Positions 19,856 to 31,360 of a stretch of DNA of 64,000 bases are shown here, one piece after another (position 1 is the first letter of the stretch; the number at the start of each line of letters is the position of its first letter). A model generated the notes under the pieces. The model saw only the letters and a program-made list of their open reading frames with translations. It was not told the origin of the DNA and searched no databases. The DNA is from an uncultured Chloroflexia bacterium. Lineage in GTDB: Bacteria; Chloroflexota; Limnocylindria; QHBO01. Position numbers and translations under genes: made by a program. The stretch is from assembly GCA_963781555.1 (NCBI GenBank), contig CAWAGB010000003.1:72071-136070 (forward strand). The letters are read 5' to 3'.

Positions 19856-20583
19856 GCGCCGTACGCGCCATCAGCCGCAGCACGACTCCACTCGTCCAGG
19901 CGAGCGAGCTGGTCCGCGACTTCCCCATGGGCGCCGGTGTGGTGCATGCCCTGCGCGCGATCAGCCTCGCTATCCCGCGCGGCCAGCTCGTCGCCGTGGT
20001 AGGGCGCTCCGGATCGGGCAAGACGACGCTCCTGAACCTCGTGGGCGGCCTCGACCGCCCGACGTCGGGGAGCGTCCGGCTCGACGGCCAGGAGCTGGCC
20101 CATCTGCCCGAGTCGGCCCTCGTCCAGCTGCGGCGGCGCCGGATCGGGTTCGTGTTCCAGGCATTCGGCCTGCTGCCCATCCTGTCGGCGGCGGAGAACG
20201 TCGAGGTACCCATGCGCCTGGTGCACACCGATCCGGGCGAGCGGGGCACGCGGGTGCGCAACCTGCTCGAGATGGTGGGCCTGGGAGAGAGGGCCGGCCA
20301 TCGGCCCCACGAGCTCTCCGGCGGGGAGCAGCAGCGCGTCGCACTGGCTCGCGCGCTGGCCAATCACCCGGAGCTGCTCGTTGCCGACGAACCGACCGGG
20401 CACCTGGACTCGCAGACCGGCCGCACGATCATGCGGCTGATCCAGTCACTGGTGCGCAACGAGGGCGTGACCGCCATCGTGGCGACCCACGACCCGGTGC
20501 TGATGGATCTCGCCGACCGGATCGTCGAGCTGTCCGACGGTCGCATCACCGGGGACCACGCCGCCGCGGGATGGCCCCGGTGA
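19852..20583 (+). CDS. ABC transporter ATP-binding protein (MacB/LolD class)
   Basis: Walker A '[12 protein letters not shown]', signature '[15 protein letters not shown]', Walker B '[11 protein letters not shown]'. ATGA overlap with the previous gene. Confidence 0.9.
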   Translation: MSAVRAISRSTTPLVQASELVRDFPMGAGVVHALRAISLAIPRGQLVAVVGRSGSGKTTLLNLVGGLDRPTSGSVRLDGQELAHLPESALVQLRRRRIGFVFQAFGLLPILSAAENVEVPMRLVHTDPGERGTRVRNLLEMVGLGERAGHRPHELSGGEQQRVALARALANHPELLVADEPTGHLDSQTGRTIMRLIQSLVRNEGVTAIVATHDPVLMDLADRIVELSDGRITGDHAAAGWPR

Positions 20584-20698
20584 TGCCACCACGATAGCGG
20601 GTGTACTCCGGTACACGTTCTGGCATGGGCCTTGCTGCATGCGTTGGGGCTCGGCACATGCCGGACCCTGCTCGCTCGGAGGTGAGGTGGCGCGTTCC

Positions 20699-21115
20699 AT
20701 GTCGGTACTCCTGGCAATGCCCATCGCCGTCCTGATCGGGGGGTGTGGCAGTGCACCGCCCACCGCGACGCCGGGGTGGCCCTCGTGTTCCGCCGTTCCG
20801 AGGGCAATCGCAATTCCCGAATCCTTCGATCGCACCATCCCCCTCCCCGCCGGCCTGCGCGTTTCGCGCGTCAGCCACGGGCCGAACGGCGGAATCGAAC
20901 TCACCGGGCTCGTCCCCGCCTCACTTCCCGACATCGCTGCGTTCTTCAGCGCCAACTTGCCCACCGCCGGCTTCGCGGTGAGCGAGGGCGAGTCGGGGTC
21001 CGGCGAGGCCGAGGCCACCTTCGCCGGCCCTACCAGCACCGGGCGCCTCGTCGCCCATCCAATGTCCGACTGCCAGGGCGTCGTCCAGCTTTCCATCAGC
21101 GCCACGGCGGAATGA
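20699..21115 (+). CDS. lipoprotein of unknown function (paralog of 24519..24980)
   Basis: Signal peptide plus lipobox 'AVLIGGC'. GGAGGTGAGG lies upstream of the ATG. The C-terminal about 100 aa align with the second lipoprotein ('PLPAG...GLVPASL...GESGSGEAEATFAG...C.G...L.IS'). Confidence 0.7.
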   Translation: MSVLLAMPIAVLIGGCGSAPPTATPGWPSCSAVPRAIAIPESFDRTIPLPAGLRVSRVSHGPNGGIELTGLVPASLPDIAAFFSANLPTAGFAVSEGESGSGEAEATFAGPTSTGRLVAHPMSDCQGVVQLSISATAE

Positions 21116-21127
21116 GGTAGCCATCCC

Positions 21128-24100
21128 ATGTCCTTCTCATCGTCCCCTCGTACACGCGCGCTGATCGTCGCCGCGCTCTTGGTGCTCGGCATGATCCCCG
21201 CAGCACTGGTCGCGGCTGACCCCCCATCCGCGACCGTTGGTCCGTCCACGCCCGACGCACATTGGGAAGGACCGGACCGCACCGCCAAGACGGATGGCTC
21301 CACCGACGGTCAGTGCACCGCCGACAACGCTGATCCCGTGCCCGACGGCTTCTGCGACGACTTCTACCTCGACGTGTCGCCGGACGTGGACGGCAGCTAC
21401 CTGTCAACCCACCAGACGGCGATCGACCTGACGGTCCTCGGCCTTGCGCCGGGCGAGGACGTGGACGTGTACGTCTACGACGTCAACGGCACCGAGGTCG
21501 CCACCTCCGGCAATCCGGGCGGCGCCGAGCTCGCAACCATCGACTGCCCGAATGCGGGTGCCGCGCCCTACAAGGTGCGCGTGGTGTACTTCGTGACCGT
21601 GGACGACGGTATCCCCGCGACGCCGGGCTACTCGGCCGACGCGACCTTCAGCTCCACCGACGGCACGTGCACCCAGGAGCCCGACGGCGGTCCCGCGACC
21701 TTCGTCGACAACGGCATCGCCTTCGGTCCGGCGGCAATCGTCTCGACCCAGTTCCTCGGCTCGGAGCCACAGGTGACCATCGAGCGCCGCCATGCCAACA
21801 CGCCGGCAAGCGCTGGCATCGACCCGAACCGCGTCTTCATCGACTGGCCGCTGTCCAGCCGCAGCGGCATCGGCCAGCTCCATCGATCGCTCGATGGAGG
21901 AGAGACGTTCCGCGTCCTGTTCGACCCGTTGTGCGCAAACCGCAGCCGCCCCAACTGCGCAACCAGCGGTGGCGGCGATACCGAGAACGACGTCAATCCG
22001 ATCAGCGGGCACCTGTTCTTCAGTGACCAGGAGGTGCTCGCGAACGAGGCGCTCGCCATGTCGGCCGACCACGGAGACAGCTTTCTCTCGCAGACCGCGG
22101 TCGCGAACGGCACCACCGGTACGGACCGCCAGTGGATCGCGGTCACCGACAACACCGCGACCATCCCCGGCACCGACCGCGTGATCGAGGGCTTCCTCGT
22201 CTACCACGTCTCGCCGAGCCACTACGTCCAGGCCATCGATGCGACCGGCTTGCCGATCCCGCAGCCCGTTCCGCAGCTGAACAACGTGGCCCAAAGCGGG
22301 CAGCTCCGCGTCGACAACAACCCGGCCAGCCCGGGCCATGGCTGGATCTACCAGCCATACATCGGCTCGGCGCAGGGAGGCGGCACATGGGTCGCGACTG
22401 CTCCCAGCGCGGGTTACGCGCTGCCCACGTCGTGGCACCCGAGCCGCGTGACCTCCAGCTCCACCACCAGCTTCCCATGGGTGTCGATCGACGCGGCGGG
22501 CAACGCATACCTGGTCTGGGACACCGGCGGCGCCATCTACTACAGCTACTCGCGCATCGATGACCCGGCCAACGACCCCCGCCAGAACGGCACGCCGGGG
22601 ACCAGCTGGTCACCGCGCGTGAAGGTGAGCGCACCGCAGGTCGGCAGCGCCGTCTTCGGCGAGGTCATCGCCGGAGATGCCGGACGTATCGCCATCGCCT
22701 ACGACGGCACCGAGATGTTCACCGGCGAACCAGATGACGCCGGAGAGGATGTGCTCTGGAACACCTACGCGGCCGTCATCCCCAACGCGTTGTCGGCGAC
22801 GCCATCGGTGTACACAGGCCGCGTCTCGCATCGGTCCATCCACATGGGCGATGTCTGCACGGGTGGCCTGGGGTGCACCACCGACACGACGGCCGACCGG
22901 TCGCTGCTCGACATGATCGACCTCTCGTTCGACGAGTCCGGACGGGTGGGGGTCGTCTTCACCGACAACTACAGCACGTTCCAGGAGGTGCCACTCAGCG
23001 AGGACGAGACCCCGTTCACCCATTTCGCGCGACAGGTCGCCGGGCCGTCCGTGCTGGCGTCGCGTGGGACGGTGTCGGTGAGCATCCCCGCCGGCCATCG
23101 GACCGATCCGGCGGGTGACGCGACCTGGCCGAACCGCGCCGGAGCGGCCAACCTCCCGGCCATGGACGCCACCGAGGTGGCGATCGGAATGGAGAACGGC
23201 GACATCGTCGCCCGACTCAGCCTCGCCGATCCCTCGGCGGCCGCGATGGCGCGTGACCTGGCCGCGTACAACGCCGCCTCCAGCGGGCTCGGCTGCCAGC
23301 CGGCAACCGCCTGTCTCGCGGATCGGCTGCAGTACGTGGTCCGCTTCTCCAGCGCACGCGAGCTCTACCACCTGTCGGCCGACTTCACGCCGGGCAGCGG
23401 GCTGCGCTTCTTCGGCGGACGCCTGGACGCAAACGACAAGGTGGTCGCCGAAGCGTCGCCAACCGCGACCTTCGCGGCCGGCTACCACACCGATGCCGGC
23501 GTTGCCGTCAGCGGTGCGATCGAGGGATCGACGCTGGTGCTGCGCGCGCCCGCCTCGTCCTTCGGCCTGCAGAGCGGTGACCGCGTGTTCAGCGTCACCG
23601 GGTTCACGGCCGCCGGGCCGTCCGAGGCGACCGAGATCACCATCGGCCGGATCATGCGGACCGTGGACGCCACCCCGCCGGCCGATGCAACGCTCTCAAA
23701 TGTCGTCACGGGCCCCGACCTCACGGTCGCCGACCTGCGGGCCGGCGGCTCCACCGCGCCGAAGGGCGGCGACAAGGTCGCCGTGACCGCCGTGATCACC
23801 AACAGCGGCAATCGGTCGGCAGCCGCATCGAAGACGGAGATTACGGTCGACGGCAAGGTGCTCGCCACCCTCGACACACCGGCCATCGCCGCCGGGGCGA
23901 GCGCGACCGTCAGCGCGACATGGGACACGCGTGGCCTGAACGGTGACCACGTCCTGGTGGCCACGGCCGACCGATTGGGATCGGTGGCCGAGGTGCGCGA
24001 GGACAACAACGTCGCGCGGCGCACGGTGACAGTGCGTGGCAACAAGGTCACCAACGGCTCCTTCGAGACGCCGTCCAGCGGTGGCACCGGGCCGGCGGCC

Positions 24101-24529
24101 TGGACGCCGTCGAGCAGCGGCGCGGGAACCACCGCGTGGTCGTCGGGGGGCACTGACGGCGGTCGCGCGGCCACGATCACCGGGAACGGTGGCAACGTGG
24201 CCCTGGCCGGCATGCCGACCTGGACCAGCGACCCGATCGCGGTCACCGGCGGACAGGTACTGACCCTCCGCGCTTCGGTCTTGGCGGCCAACACGTCGTC
24301 GGCGCCGGCGATTGGGCTCGCCTACCTCGGCGCTGCCGGGCAGGTGCTTGATACCGTGCGCCTCATCGAGGTGCCGAAGCTCGTCAGCGGGTCCAGGGTC
24401 CTCGAGACCGACCTGACCGTGCCGGCCGGCGTCGCCCAGGTGCGCGTGGTGCTGAGCGGGTTCGCCGCCAGCGACCTGGCGACCAAGGGAAGCGTCACGT
24501 TCGATGAGGTGGGCCTGTATGGACCGTAG
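21128..24529 (+). CDS. secreted multidomain protein: PPC-like N-domain, BNR/Asp-box (sialidase-like) region, CARDB domain, C-terminal CBM4/9-like (galactose-binding-like) domain
   Basis: Signal peptide 'RALIVAALLVLGMIPAALVAA'. Asp-box motifs 'SLDGGETF' and 'SADHGDSF'. CARDB-like 'DLTVADL...GDKVAVTAVITNSGN...ASATVSATWDT...VAEVREDNNV'. C-terminal 'VTNGSFE...WT...' resembles a carbohydrate-binding-like jelly roll. Confidence 0.7.
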   Translation: MSFSSSPRTRALIVAALLVLGMIPAALVAADPPSATVGPSTPDAHWEGPDRTAKTDGSTDGQCTADNADPVPDGFCDDFYLDVSPDVDGSYLSTHQTAIDLTVLGLAPGEDVDVYVYDVNGTEVATSGNPGGAELATIDCPNAGAAPYKVRVVYFVTVDDGIPATPGYSADATFSSTDGTCTQEPDGGPATFVDNGIAFGPAAIVSTQFLGSEPQVTIERRHANTPASAGIDPNRVFIDWPLSSRSGIGQLHRSLDGGETFRVLFDPLCANRSRPNCATSGGGDTENDVNPISGHLFFSDQEVLANEALAMSADHGDSFLSQTAVANGTTGTDRQWIAVTDNTATIPGTDRVIEGFLVYHVSPSHYVQAIDATGLPIPQPVPQLNNVAQSGQLRVDNNPASPGHGWIYQPYIGSAQGGGTWVATAPSAGYALPTSWHPSRVTSSSTTSFPWVSIDAAGNAYLVWDTGGAIYYSYSRIDDPANDPRQNGTPGTSWSPRVKVSAPQVGSAVFGEVIAGDAGRIAIAYDGTEMFTGEPDDAGEDVLWNTYAAVIPNALSATPSVYTGRVSHRSIHMGDVCTGGLGCTTDTTADRSLLDMIDLSFDESGRVGVVFTDNYSTFQEVPLSEDETPFTHFARQVAGPSVLASRGTVSVSIPAGHRTDPAGDATWPNRAGAANLPAMDATEVAIGMENGDIVARLSLADPSAAAMARDLAAYNAASSGLGCQPATACLADRLQYVVRFSSARELYHLSADFTPGSGLRFFGGRLDANDKVVAEASPTATFAAGYHTDAGVAVSGAIEGSTLVLRAPASSFGLQSGDRVFSVTGFTAAGPSEATEITIGRIMRTVDATPPADATLSNVVTGPDLTVADLRAGGSTAPKGGDKVAVTAVITNSGNRSAAASKTEITVDGKVLATLDTPAIAAGASATVSATWDTRGLNGDHVLVATADRLGSVAEVREDNNVARRTVTVRGNKVTNGSFETPSSGGTGPAAWTPSSSGAGTTAWSSGGTDGGRAATITGNGGNVALAGMPTWTSDPIAVTGGQVLTLRASVLAANTSSAPAIGLAYLGAAGQVLDTVRLIEVPKLVSGSRVLETDLTVPAGVAQVRVVLSGFAASDLATKGSVTFDEVGLYGP

Positions 24530-24980
24530 GGGCTGGCGGGCCGTCGCCATGGCGGCGGCACTCGCCGCCATGGCCGGCTGCACCGCGGGCTCGGGAAGCG
24601 GCGCCACGGTGCCGACCCCGAATGCCTTCACCGCATCGGCGGCGGCGATCCCCGAGTGTGCCGAGGTGGGCAGCGCAATCCAGCTGCCGCTCGGCTTCCC
24701 GAGCGACTTCCCGCTGCCACCGGGCACGGTCTTCGACGACGTGCGCGAGGCAGGGGGCGGGGTGGTGTTGAACGGTGTCGTGCCGCTTTCCTTCGAGGAG
24801 GCGACGCGCTACCTGGCCGACCACTTCCCGGGGAGCGGGCTCGAGCTCGGCGACAGCGACAGCGAGGCCGGCGAGGCAGAGGCCGATTTCAGCGGTGGCG
24901 GGGTGAGGGGCCGCTGGAAGCTGCACGAAATCGCCGGCTGCGACGGCGCCTCGACCCTTCGGGTGTCGATCGGCTCCTAG
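24519..24980 (+). CDS. lipoprotein of unknown function (paralog of 20699..21115)
   Basis: Lipobox 'LAAMAGC'. Its ATG overlaps the last codons of the 1133-aa gene by 11 nt. It shares 'FPLPPG...GVVPLSF...[15 protein letters not shown]...C.G...L.VSIG' with the first lipoprotein. Confidence 0.7.
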   Translation: MDRRGWRAVAMAAALAAMAGCTAGSGSGATVPTPNAFTASAAAIPECAEVGSAIQLPLGFPSDFPLPPGTVFDDVREAGGGVVLNGVVPLSFEEATRYLADHFPGSGLELGDSDSEAGEAEADFSGGGVRGRWKLHEIAGCDGASTLRVSIGS

Positions 24981-25620
24981 GCGTCGATCGCGTACCAGGC
25001 GCGCACCCGGGCGCTGACCTCCACCTCGCCGGCGGCGATCTCGGTGGCGACGCTGTCGCCGGCCATCTCGGCCTTCATCGCCCGCATCGCATACGGGGCG
25101 GGCACGCCGCCACCTTCCTCTTCGATGCGGAGCGTTGCGCCGAGCGTCACGTTGGCGGCCTGCGCGAGCGCCTCGGCGCGGCCGCGCGCGTCGGCCACCG
25201 CGGCAACCAGCGCCTCGCGCGACGCGGCGGTCGGGTCGTCGAGCTCCATGCTCGTGCCGTACACCTGGGTCGCGCCATCGTCCACCAGCCCGTCCAGGAT
25301 CCGTCCCAGCACCGCAAGGTCGCGCACTCGAACGGTCAGCGGGCGCACCGCTTCGTAGCCGGACAGCTTCATCTTGCCTCGCGCATGGTCGTACGTCGGA
25401 TGGACCTGCAGCGACGGCGCGCTCACGTCACCCTCCGCCACATCCAGGCCGCGGAGCAGGGCCAGGATCTCCGAGGCGCGCGCGTTGGCACGGTCGCGCG
25501 CCCCGTCCAGTGTCGCCGCACGCACCGATACGGCGCCGGACACCACGGCGAGGTCAGGCGCACGGAGCAGCGTCGCCTCGCCACTGACCACGATCGCGGG
25601 GTCGACCCGCAGCTCGTCGG

Positions 25621-25624
<4 letters not shown>
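24977..25624 (-). CDS. SIMPL (DUF541) domain protein
   Basis: '...[20 protein letters not shown]...[14 protein letters not shown]...' is SIMPL family-like. The GTG at 25624 overlaps the thiolase stop (GTGA). Confidence 0.75.
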
Positions 25625-26859
<1,235 letters not shown>

Positions 26860-26889
26860 GCCGCCGATCCTACCCCAGGGGCGCGGGGA

Positions 26890-27111
26890 TCAGCGATGCG
26901 CCGCCTGCGGGTGCGTGGCGGTGACCGCCTCGAGGAGGCGACGGGAGGCATCGGCGATCTCGTCGACCGCGGAGTGGAACGCGGCCTCGTTGGCGGTGGA
27001 TGGCTTGCGGTAGCCGCTCACCTTGCGGACGAACTGGAGGGCGGCGGCCTCGATCTCGTCGGGTGTTGCCGGCTGCGCCCCGGTGCGGAGCGTCTTGATG
27101 GATCTGCACAT
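26890..27111 (-). CDS. DUF2277 family small protein
   Basis: Starts 'MCRSIKTLR...', the characteristic DUF2277 N-terminus. 73 aa. Confidence 0.7.
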   Translation of the reverse strand: MCRSIKTLRTGAQPATPDEIEAAALQFVRKVSGYRKPSTANEAAFHSAVDEIADASRRLLEAVTATHPQAAHR

Positions 27112-27127
27112 GCGACACAGGGTAGCG

Positions 27128-27778
27128 CTACGCCTCGACGAGCAGCTCCTCGAGGGAGTCGATGACCCGGTCGGCGGCCCGGACATCGGCCTCCGCGAAC
27201 TGTGGCACGGCGATGCAGGCCATCCCCGCCGCCTTGGCCGCGGCGATTCCCGAGGCGGAGTCCTCGAGCGCCAATGCATCGGCCGGATCGACCCCCAGGC
27301 GGCGGCAGGCCTCGAGGTAGATGTCGGGCGCCGGCTTGGCGTGCTCGACGTCATCGGAGCTGACGATGGCGCCGAAGGCATCGGTCAGGCCGGCCGATGC
27401 GAGCGCGGTGTCGATCAGGCGACGCGGCGAGTTGGAGGCGAGCCCCAGCGGGACCCGGCCCCTGAGCCGCGATACCAGCTCGACCGCTCCGGGACGCGCC
27501 GCGACCTCCTGCTGCAGCTGCTCGTGCATGAGCTCGATCATCTCGGCGACCAGCGCGCGCCCCTCGTCCAGGCTGCGTCCAAGGCGCTCGGCGAAGTAGT
27601 GCGCCGTCGCCTCGAAGCTGGTCCCGATGACGGCCATCTTGTCGTCCCAGCTGAAGGCATCGCCATGCCGCCCGAAGAGCTCGACCTCGGCGGTGTGCCA
27701 CAGCAGCTCCGTGTCGAGCAGGAGCCCGTCCATGTCGAAGACGACGGCACGGTACCGATGGTGCAGCGACTCCCCCAC
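27128..27778 (-). CDS. HAD-superfamily hydrolase (beta-phosphoglucomutase/phosphatase subfamily IA)
   Basis: Motif I 'VVFDMDGLLLDTE', motif II 'LASNS', motif IV 'ALEDSASG'. Confidence 0.85.
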   Translation of the reverse strand: MGESLHHRYRAVVFDMDGLLLDTELLWHTAEVELFGRHGDAFSWDDKMAVIGTSFEATAHYFAERLGRSLDEGRALVAEMIELMHEQLQQEVAARPGAVELVSRLRGRVPLGLASNSPRRLIDTALASAGLTDAFGAIVSSDDVEHAKPAPDIYLEACRRLGVDPADALALEDSASGIAAAKAAGMACIAVPQFAEADVRAADRVIDSLEELLVEA

Positions 27779-28993
27779 TCAGCCTCCGCCGAAGAAGGAC
27801 GCGCCGCGCTCGGCAAGCGAGCGCAGGAGCGGCGCAACCCGGTAGCGACCGTCCGGCGCCGAGGCATGCAGGACGTCCAGCGTCCCGACGACGTGTGCCA
27901 GGCCCAGGCGCTCGCCCCATTCAAGTGGCCCGTGCGGATAGTTCGTGCCGAGGCGCATGGCCGTGTCCACGGCCGCGGGCCCGGCGACCCCGTCGCCGAC
28001 CGCCGATGCCGCCTCGTTGACGATGGTGGCCAGGATGCGTGCCTCGATGGCGGCGGTGTCCAGCTGGGGCGCTCGGGGGGCGTCGGCGGGCCGGCGAAGC
28101 AGGCCGTGCCACGGCACCGGATCAGCATCCGCGGGATAGTCGTAGAAGCCGGCGCCGGACTTGCGTCCCAGGCGTCCCGCGTCGACGAGCGTCCGCTGGA
28201 GCGGGTGCGGCCGGTAGCGGGGATCACCGAAGAACTGCTCCCAGACGCTGATGCTGACCGCCAGGTTGACATCCGCGCCGATGGCGTCGATGAGCTCGAA
28301 CGGCCCCATTCGGAAGCCGGCAGCGCGCATGGCCACGTCGACGGCCGGGACGTCGGCCATGCCGTCGCCGACGATTCGCAGCGCCTCCAGGTAGTACGGC
28401 CGCGCCACGCGGTTGACGATGAAGCCCGGCGTGTCGGCGGCCACGACCGGCGTCTTGCCGAGCCGCTCCGCGAGGGCCACGATCGTCGCCGTCGCGGCCG
28501 CGTTGGTCATCGGCCCGGCGATCACCTCCACCAGCGGCAGGAGCGGCACCGGGTTGAAGAAGTGCATCCCGACCACCCGCTCCGGATGCGCGGTCGCGCT
28601 GGCGATGCGCGCCACCGAGAGCGAGCTGGTGTTGGTCGCCAGCAGGGTGGTGGCTTGCGCGGCTGCGTCCAGCCGTCGAAACGCCTCGCGCTTGAGCTCC
28701 AGATCCTCGGGGATCGCCTCGATGACCACGTCCGCTGCGGCCAGCTCCTCCAGGCTCTCGACCCCGGAGAGGCGCGCCATGCTGGCGTCCCGTGCCGCGC
28801 CGTCCAGCTGGCCCTTCTCGACCCGCCGATCCAGGAAGCCCCCGATCCTCGTCCGGCCGCCCTCCCATGCCCCGGGGACCGGGTCGTGGACCACCACCGC
28901 CAGGCCCGCCTCCGCCGCGATCTGCGCGATGCCGGCGCCCATCGTCCCCGCCCCCAGGACGCCGATGCGCCGCACCCCGTCTGGGTTCGTCAC
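27779..28993 (-). CDS. 3-hydroxyacyl-CoA (3-hydroxybutyryl-CoA) dehydrogenase with duplicated C-terminal domain
   Basis: Rossmann '[15 protein letters not shown]', '[15 protein letters not shown]' and 'PGFIVNR'. The stop directly abuts the HAD gene start. Confidence 0.9.
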   Translation of the reverse strand: MTNPDGVRRIGVLGAGTMGAGIAQIAAEAGLAVVVHDPVPGAWEGGRTRIGGFLDRRVEKGQLDGAARDASMARLSGVESLEELAAADVVIEAIPEDLELKREAFRRLDAAAQATTLLATNTSSLSVARIASATAHPERVVGMHFFNPVPLLPLVEVIAGPMTNAAATATIVALAERLGKTPVVAADTPGFIVNRVARPYYLEALRIVGDGMADVPAVDVAMRAAGFRMGPFELIDAIGADVNLAVSISVWEQFFGDPRYRPHPLQRTLVDAGRLGRKSGAGFYDYPADADPVPWHGLLRRPADAPRAPQLDTAAIEARILATIVNEAASAVGDGVAGPAAVDTAMRLGTNYPHGPLEWGERLGLAHVVGTLDVLHASAPDGRYRVAPLLRSLAERGASFFGGG

Positions 28994-29778
28994 CTGCCGG
29001 TGAAGCGCGGCTCGCGCTTTTCCGCGAAGGCGGCGACTCCTTCGGCATGATCCTCCGTGCGCCCCGCCACGTCCTGGAGCGCCGCCTCGCTCGCCAGGCT
29101 GCTGTCGAGCTCGTCGTCCTCCGCCGCGTTGACCAGCCGCTTGGTCAGGCCGATGGCCCGGGTCGGCCCGGCAGCCAGCTCGCGCGCGACCTCTGCTGCG
29201 CTCCCCGCCAGCTCCGAGCCGGGTACGACGCGCATCACGAGTCCAGCCTCCCGCGCTTCGGCCGCGCCGAGCGGCTCCCCGGCAACGAGGACGGCGAACG
29301 CGCGGTGGCGACCCAGGGTTCGCACCAGGGTCCGGGTGAGGCCCGAGTCGGGCACCAGGCCGATCCGCCCGAAGGCCGGCACGAAGCGCGCCTCTTCGGC
29401 GGCCACAAGCAGGTCCGCCGCCAGGGCGAGGCTCATGCCGGCGCCCGCGGCGACGCCGTTCACCGCCGCGACCACCGGCTTTGGCAGGTCGCGCAGGGCA
29501 CGGATCAGCGGGTTGTACTGGGTCGTCAGGACGCGGCGGAACTCACGCTCGCCGATCCCGCCGCGCAGATCCGCGCCGGCGCAGAAGGCGCGCCCGGCAC
29601 CGGTGAGCACCACGCAGCGCACCGCGTCGTCGCGGGCGAAGTCCTTCAGCGCGGCCAGCAGCTCCCCGCGCAGCGTGGCGTTGAGCGCGTTGAGGGCATC
29701 GGGGCGGTTGAGGGTCAGCGTGGCGACGCCATCGGCCACGTCGACGGTGAGGTGCTGGAGGGCGGGTGCGTCAGGCAT
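28990..29778 (-). CDS. enoyl-CoA hydratase/isomerase (crotonase fold)
   Basis: '[16 protein letters not shown]' and '[25 protein letters not shown]'. ATG at 29778, just after the MFS stop. 4-nt overlap with the downstream gene. Confidence 0.9.
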   Translation of the reverse strand: MPDAPALQHLTVDVADGVATLTLNRPDALNALNATLRGELLAALKDFARDDAVRCVVLTGAGRAFCAGADLRGGIGEREFRRVLTTQYNPLIRALRDLPKPVVAAVNGVAAGAGMSLALAADLLVAAEEARFVPAFGRIGLVPDSGLTRTLVRTLGRHRAFAVLVAGEPLGAAEAREAGLVMRVVPGSELAGSAAEVARELAAGPTRAIGLTKRLVNAAEDDELDSSLASEAALQDVAGRTEDHAEGVAAFAEKREPRFTGR

Positions 29779-31252
29779 CGGCGCCGATTGTAGGGCGGGA
29801 CGCATCGGTCACGTGGGCCTGCGGCATCGCGCGCACGGTCAGCGCCAGCGCGGCGACCGAGGTGCCGAGCAGGATGAGGTAGATCACCCCGAGCCCGCTC
29901 ACCAGCCCATTGCGCGCGGCGGCGAGCTCCGCCGGCGCGATCCCGGAGCGTCCAATCGGGTCGAGCACGGTCGAGGCGAGCGGCCCGACCGCCGCCGCCA
30001 GGATGGCGCCCATCACCCCCACCCCGACCGACCCGCCGATGGTGCGGCTGAACTGGATGAGGCCGGTGGCCTGTCCGCGGCGTCCCCAGTCCACGGCGTT
30101 CTGCACGGTCACCACCGTCGTGGTGCTCACGAAGCCCAGCCCGAAGCCGACAATGCCACAGGCGGCTGCGGCCAGCAGCGGCCCGCCGGACGCGGCCTGG
30201 GTGAGCAGCGCCGACCCGGCGACCAGCATCCCGGAGCCGGTGAGCATGAGCGGGCGTGCGCCGAAGACGAGGAGCATTCGGCCGGCGACGATGGCGGCGA
30301 TCGGCCAGCCGACGCTCATCGCCCCCACCGCCAGTCCAGCCTCCAATGGGCTTCGCCCCTGCACGCCCTGCACGAGCGGCGGAACGTAGGCCGTCAGGCC
30401 GAACATGACGATCCCCGCCAGGGTGCCGATCGCGAGCCCCGCCGCGACGACCGGGATGCGGAACAGCGACAGGTCGATGAGCGCATCCACCCGGGTGGTA
30501 GCGCCACGGACGAACAGCCACAGCAGCAGCGCGGCTCCCGCGAAGCTGGCGAGCACGAACGGCGAGCCGATCCCCGCGTCCGCGACCTCGGTCACGCCCA
30601 GCAGCAACAGGCTCACGCCACCGGTGAGGGTGAGCACGCCTGCCCAGTCGAGCCGATGGGTGCGTCGCTGGACACGTTCGTGGAGGACGAGGGCGATGAT
30701 CGTCACCGCCAGCAGGCCGACCGGTACGTTGATGAAGAAGGCCCAGCGCCATCCGACGGTCGAGGTCAGCACCCCGCCCAGGAACGGGCCCGCGATCGCC
30801 GAGATGCCCCACACGCTGCTGAAGAAGCCCTGCATTCGGGCGCGCTGCCGCGGCTCGAAGATGTCACCCACAATGGTAAAGGCGATCGGCTGCACGGCGC
30901 CCGCCCCGAGGCCCTGGATGGCGCGGAAGATGATCAGCTGCAGCATCGACTGCGAGAGGCCGCACAGCACGGATCCGCCAACGAAGATGGCGAGGCCGAT
31001 GAGGAAGATCGGCTTGCGGCCGTGCTGGTCGGCCAAGTTGGACCAGATGGGCACGGTGGTGGTGGCGGTCAGCAGGTAGGCCGCGAAGACCCAGCCGTAC
31101 TGGTCGATGCCCCCGAGCTGGCCGATGATCGTCGGCATCGCCGTACCCACCACGGTCACGTCGAGTGCCGCTACCGCGATCCCGGCCATGACCCCCGCGG
31201 TGACGAGCTTCTGCTCGCGGGTGATGGGAGCGACGGGCGGCTGGCCGGACAT
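29771..31252 (-). CDS. MFS transporter, DHA2 (14-TMS drug:H+ antiporter)-like
   Basis: 'LGGIDQYGWVFAAYLL', 'LADQHGRKP', 'LIIFRAIQGLGAG'. 14 hydrophobic segments. Confidence 0.85.
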   Translation of the reverse strand: MSGQPPVAPITREQKLVTAGVMAGIAVAALDVTVVGTAMPTIIGQLGGIDQYGWVFAAYLLTATTTVPIWSNLADQHGRKPIFLIGLAIFVGGSVLCGLSQSMLQLIIFRAIQGLGAGAVQPIAFTIVGDIFEPRQRARMQGFFSSVWGISAIAGPFLGGVLTSTVGWRWAFFINVPVGLLAVTIIALVLHERVQRRTHRLDWAGVLTLTGGVSLLLLGVTEVADAGIGSPFVLASFAGAALLLWLFVRGATTRVDALIDLSLFRIPVVAAGLAIGTLAGIVMFGLTAYVPPLVQGVQGRSPLEAGLAVGAMSVGWPIAAIVAGRMLLVFGARPLMLTGSGMLVAGSALLTQAASGGPLLAAAACGIVGFGLGFVSTTTVVTVQNAVDWGRRGQATGLIQFSRTIGGSVGVGVMGAILAAAVGPLASTVLDPIGRSGIAPAELAAARNGLVSGLGVIYLILLGTSVAALALTVRAMPQAHVTDASRPTIGADA

Positions 31253-31360
31253 GCGCGCGATTGTGGCATTGCGCGGCGCGACGCGCCGGCCGTCACCTCC
31301 CATATGCCCTTGACCGGTGACGTGGCGCGCGCGTACGATGCGGATCCGCCCACGAGACCG

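Noticed and set aside
20601-20616. Inverted repeat GTGTAC-tccg-GTACAC in the spacer between the second ABC ATPase and the first lipoprotein gene.
   Set aside because: It has only 6-bp arms. It could be a weak terminator or operator, but there is no supporting repeat or conservation evidence available.
29057-31360. First ~770 codons of the 906-aa plus-strand ORF 29057..31777.
   Set aside because: This part is Arg/Ser/Pro junk antisense to the hydratase and MFS genes. Only the last ~139 codons (31361..31777) have normal composition and a SnoaL-like sequence.
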